Below the pieces are notes generated by a model. It was not told where the DNA came from, did no database searches, and saw nothing but the letters and a program-made list of their open reading frames with translations. A program made the position numbers and the translations under genes. 40,502 nucleotides of DNA, from assembly GCA_016839765.1 (NCBI GenBank), contig JAEOTP010000032.1:1-40502 (forward strand), written 5' to 3'. Of this stretch, positions 38,621 through 40,502 are shown one piece after another. This stretch comes from Promethearchaeota archaeon (GTDB lineage: Archaea > Asgardarchaeota > Lokiarchaeia > Sigyniarchaeales > SOKP01). The stretch's first letter is position 1. The number at the start of each line of letters is the position of its first letter.

Positions 38621-38989
38621 ATGATTGAATCAGTTGTAATAGTGAGTGACCAATCTCCGATTGGAAAGAATTCTGCCCGCGAAGCTTTAAGGTTAGGCGC
38701 AGGATTTATGGGATTAGGGGAAGAGATTGACTGCAAAGTGGTACTTATGGGTGATGCGGTTTACTTAATAAGTAAACACGCAGACCCAACAATACTAGGA
38801 ATAGACTCTTTTGATGAACCATTAGAGATGGCAGAACTTTCAGATTTAGAAATCTTAGTACTTGATACAGCACTGGAGGACGCAGGCTTAACTGAACAAG
38901 ATCTCGTAAATTATGAAGGTTTATTGATAATTAATATTGAAGATCTTTCAAAATTATTTGACAATGCAGATACAATCTTTAGATTTTAA
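38621..38989 (+). CDS. dsrF: DsrF/TusC-like subunit
   Basis: SPIG...AREALR and VLMGDAVY; position between dsrE and dsrH. Confidence 0.78.
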   Translation: MIESVVIVSDQSPIGKNSAREALRLGAGFMGLGEEIDCKVVLMGDAVYLISKHADPTILGIDSFDEPLEMAELSDLEILVLDTALEDAGLTEQDLVNYEGLLIINIEDLSKLFDNADTIFRF

Positions 38990-39003
38990 GGTGGTGAATT
39001 AAG

Positions 39004-39345
39004 ATGGAACAAAATTTTGATATGATTTACTTATTTGGATTTAGCCCCAGATATGGAAATGAATTAAATCGATTATTACCAATTATTAGAAACCATTTAC
39101 AAAAAGGAAGCTCCATAGGAATGGTTCTAATTCAAGATGGAGTTATTGGCGCTTCTTCAAAAGGAAAAATGATAAACTCAATGAAGCAACTTGGAAACTT
39201 AAATTTTAAACTGTTTGTTATGAAACCAGATTTAAAAGCTAGAGGGATTCCATTAGAGCATACAAATGAAAATATTAAACCGATTGACTATACAGAGCTC
39301 GTTGATCTATTAGATAATTCTGGAAAAGTTATATCCTGGATGTAA
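39004..39345 (+). CDS. dsrH: DsrH/TusB-like subunit
   Basis: LIQDGV, DLKARGI, IDY.ELVDL and ISW. Confidence 0.85.
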   Translation: MEQNFDMIYLFGFSPRYGNELNRLLPIIRNHLQKGSSIGMVLIQDGVIGASSKGKMINSMKQLGNLNFKLFVMKPDLKARGIPLEHTNENIKPIDYTELVDLLDNSGKVISWM

Positions 39346-39414
39346 TTTAAGAAACTACAATATGATTTAAAGTTAGTATTATAAAAATTTTTTTAAAAAA
39401 AACCAATAATCATG

Positions 39415-39431
39415 GTTAACAATTTGTTAAC
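39415..39431. promoter_or_regulatory. Palindrome upstream of dsrE2-hdrC
   Basis: GTTAACAA-T-TTGTTAAC. Confidence 0.45.
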
Positions 39432-39469
39432 GCAAATTAGATAATAAATACAAAAAAAAGAAAAATAAG

Positions 39470-39895
39470 GTGAAAATTTTGGCTGAAACCGTAAATTTTA
39501 TTGTAAAGGATAAATCATTCGAAAAGTTCGCAATGATGATGATCCTTGGAACAACAGGTGATGCCATGGACACTAAAATGAATTTCTTCTTTACTTTTTG
39601 GGGATTAAATCTTTTAAAAAAGAAATTTAAACCTAAAGTTGCTGGAATGCCTGCTCCTATGAAAGGTATGGCAGCAAATATGTTTAAGAAAAGAATGAAA
39701 AAATTCGGAATAGAGGATCCATGGGGAATGATTAAAGACGCTGTTGATAATGGAAATATGAAGTTATATCCATGTCAAATGACTATGGATTTAATGGGAA
39801 TAAAAAGAGAAGAATTACTTGATTGGGTAGAAGAACCTGTTGGTGCCGCTTCATTTTTAGAAATGAGTGACGGAGGCAGAATAGTTTCATTATAA
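39470..39895 (+). CDS. DsrE2-like (DsrE/DsrF/DrsH-like) sulfur carrier
   Basis: FFTFWGL, PCQMTMDLMG and VGAASFLE. Confidence 0.88.
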   Translation: MKILAETVNFIVKDKSFEKFAMMMILGTTGDAMDTKMNFFFTFWGLNLLKKKFKPKVAGMPAPMKGMAANMFKKRMKKFGIEDPWGMIKDAVDNGNMKLYPCQMTMDLMGIKREELLDWVEEPVGAASFLEMSDGGRIVSL

Positions 39896-39945
39896 TAAAT
39901 AATAAATTATTTTTTTTTATTTTTTAACAAAAAAAGTGATGTTAA

Positions 39946-40502
39946 ATGTCTGATGTGAAAGAAGAACACCGTGAGTTTAAAACGGATGAAGATTTTGATC
40001 AAGATTTTTTTAAAAATATAGAAAGAAAATCAAATATTTGGCAGTGCATCCAATGTGGAACTTGTACAGCGAGTTGCGAAAGTGGGAGATGGACTGCTTT
40101 AAAGACGCGTTCAATTGTGAGAAAAGTAGTTTTAGGAGATTTATCGGTTTTAAAAGATCCAGATATTTGGCTGTGTACTACATGCTATCAGTGTTACGAG
40201 CGATGTCCACGTGATGTAAGACCTACCGATGTAATTATGGAGTTAAGAAATTATGCTACAAAACTAGGAAATATTTCTCCTAATCATAGGGCTGTTGTAG
40301 GTTATCTAAAAAACTTTGGACATGCTGTACCGATAAATGATGAGGTAAAAAAACAGCGCGTCGAATTAGGATTAGAAGAATTACCCCCTACTGCGTTTAA
40401 ATTTAAACAAGAGGGGGATGATAAAGATTTAAAGAATATTGAAGAACATATGTTCGATTTACCTCCAGTTAAGGAGGATAAAAAAGAAGAGGAGGAGGCA
40501 TA
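39946..40502 (+). CDS. hdrC: Heterodisulfide reductase subunit C-like 2[4Fe-4S] protein (probable stop codon cut by the window edge)
   Basis: Not in the ORF track. ATG 39946 reads MSDVKEE...WQCIQCGTCTASCESG...IWLCTTCYQCYERCPRDV.PTDVI..LRN...GHAVP...LGLEELPPT; the last in-frame codon begins TA. Confidence 0.9.
   Translation, partial: MSDVKEEHREFKTDEDFDQDFFKNIERKSNIWQCIQCGTCTASCESGRWTALKTRSIVRKVVLGDLSVLKDPDIWLCTTCYQCYERCPRDVRPTDVIMELRNYATKLGNISPNHRAVVGYLKNFGHAVPINDEVKKQRVELGLEELPPTAFKFKQEGDDKDLKNIEEHMFDLPPVKEDKKEEEEA

Noticed and set aside
39415-39431. SurR box
   Set aside because: The spacing does not match GTT-N3-AAC.
37967-40502. Selenocysteine recoding in the Dsr/Hdr genes
   Set aside because: No in-frame TGA in these frames; all expected Cys positions are TGT/TGC.
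1-40502. CRISPR array, tRNA/rRNA, IS element or provirus
   Set aside because: No regularly spaced repeats, GC-rich structured RNA segments, transposase, integrase or viral genes were seen by eye.

Overview
AT-rich archaeal chromosomal segment, most likely Asgard/Lokiarchaeia. This is inferred from roadblock/longin proteins, Rab-like GTPases, a RING-H2 protein and an IPGY-TM-basic Loki-CTERM tail. No rRNA, tRNA, CRISPR array or transposase was seen. In order, the window holds: a truncated GNAT gene; two tandem paralogous roadblock + Rab-like GTPase + degenerate-GTPase proteins, divergent from a RING-TPR gene; a thiamine cluster (thiDN, thiC, Nudix) interrupted by a membrane alpha/beta-hydrolase that is flanked by a duplicated thiN 3' end; a surface papain-like protease; a dual-specificity phosphatase; an amidohydrolase; a large TPR protein; a GGR-like flavoprotein; two longin proteins; thioredoxin plus an HTH regulator; a CPBP protease; an esterase; three tandem HGSNAT/DUF1624-like acyltransferases facing a B12 radical SAM enzyme; a small J-domain protein ending in an HbYX-like motif; a DMT transporter; and an Lrp gene divergent from a tusA-dsrE-dsrF-dsrH-dsrE2-hdrC sulfur-relay cluster running to the right edge. 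The best candidates for undescribed systems are (1) the roadblock-Rab-pseudoGTPase pair with an altered G3 motif, (2) the J-domain/HbYX protein as a possible Hsp70-proteasome adaptor, and (3) the DsrC-less TusA/DsrEFH/DsrE2 relay coupled to a methanogen-type HdrC. All calls come from motif reading only; no searches were run.
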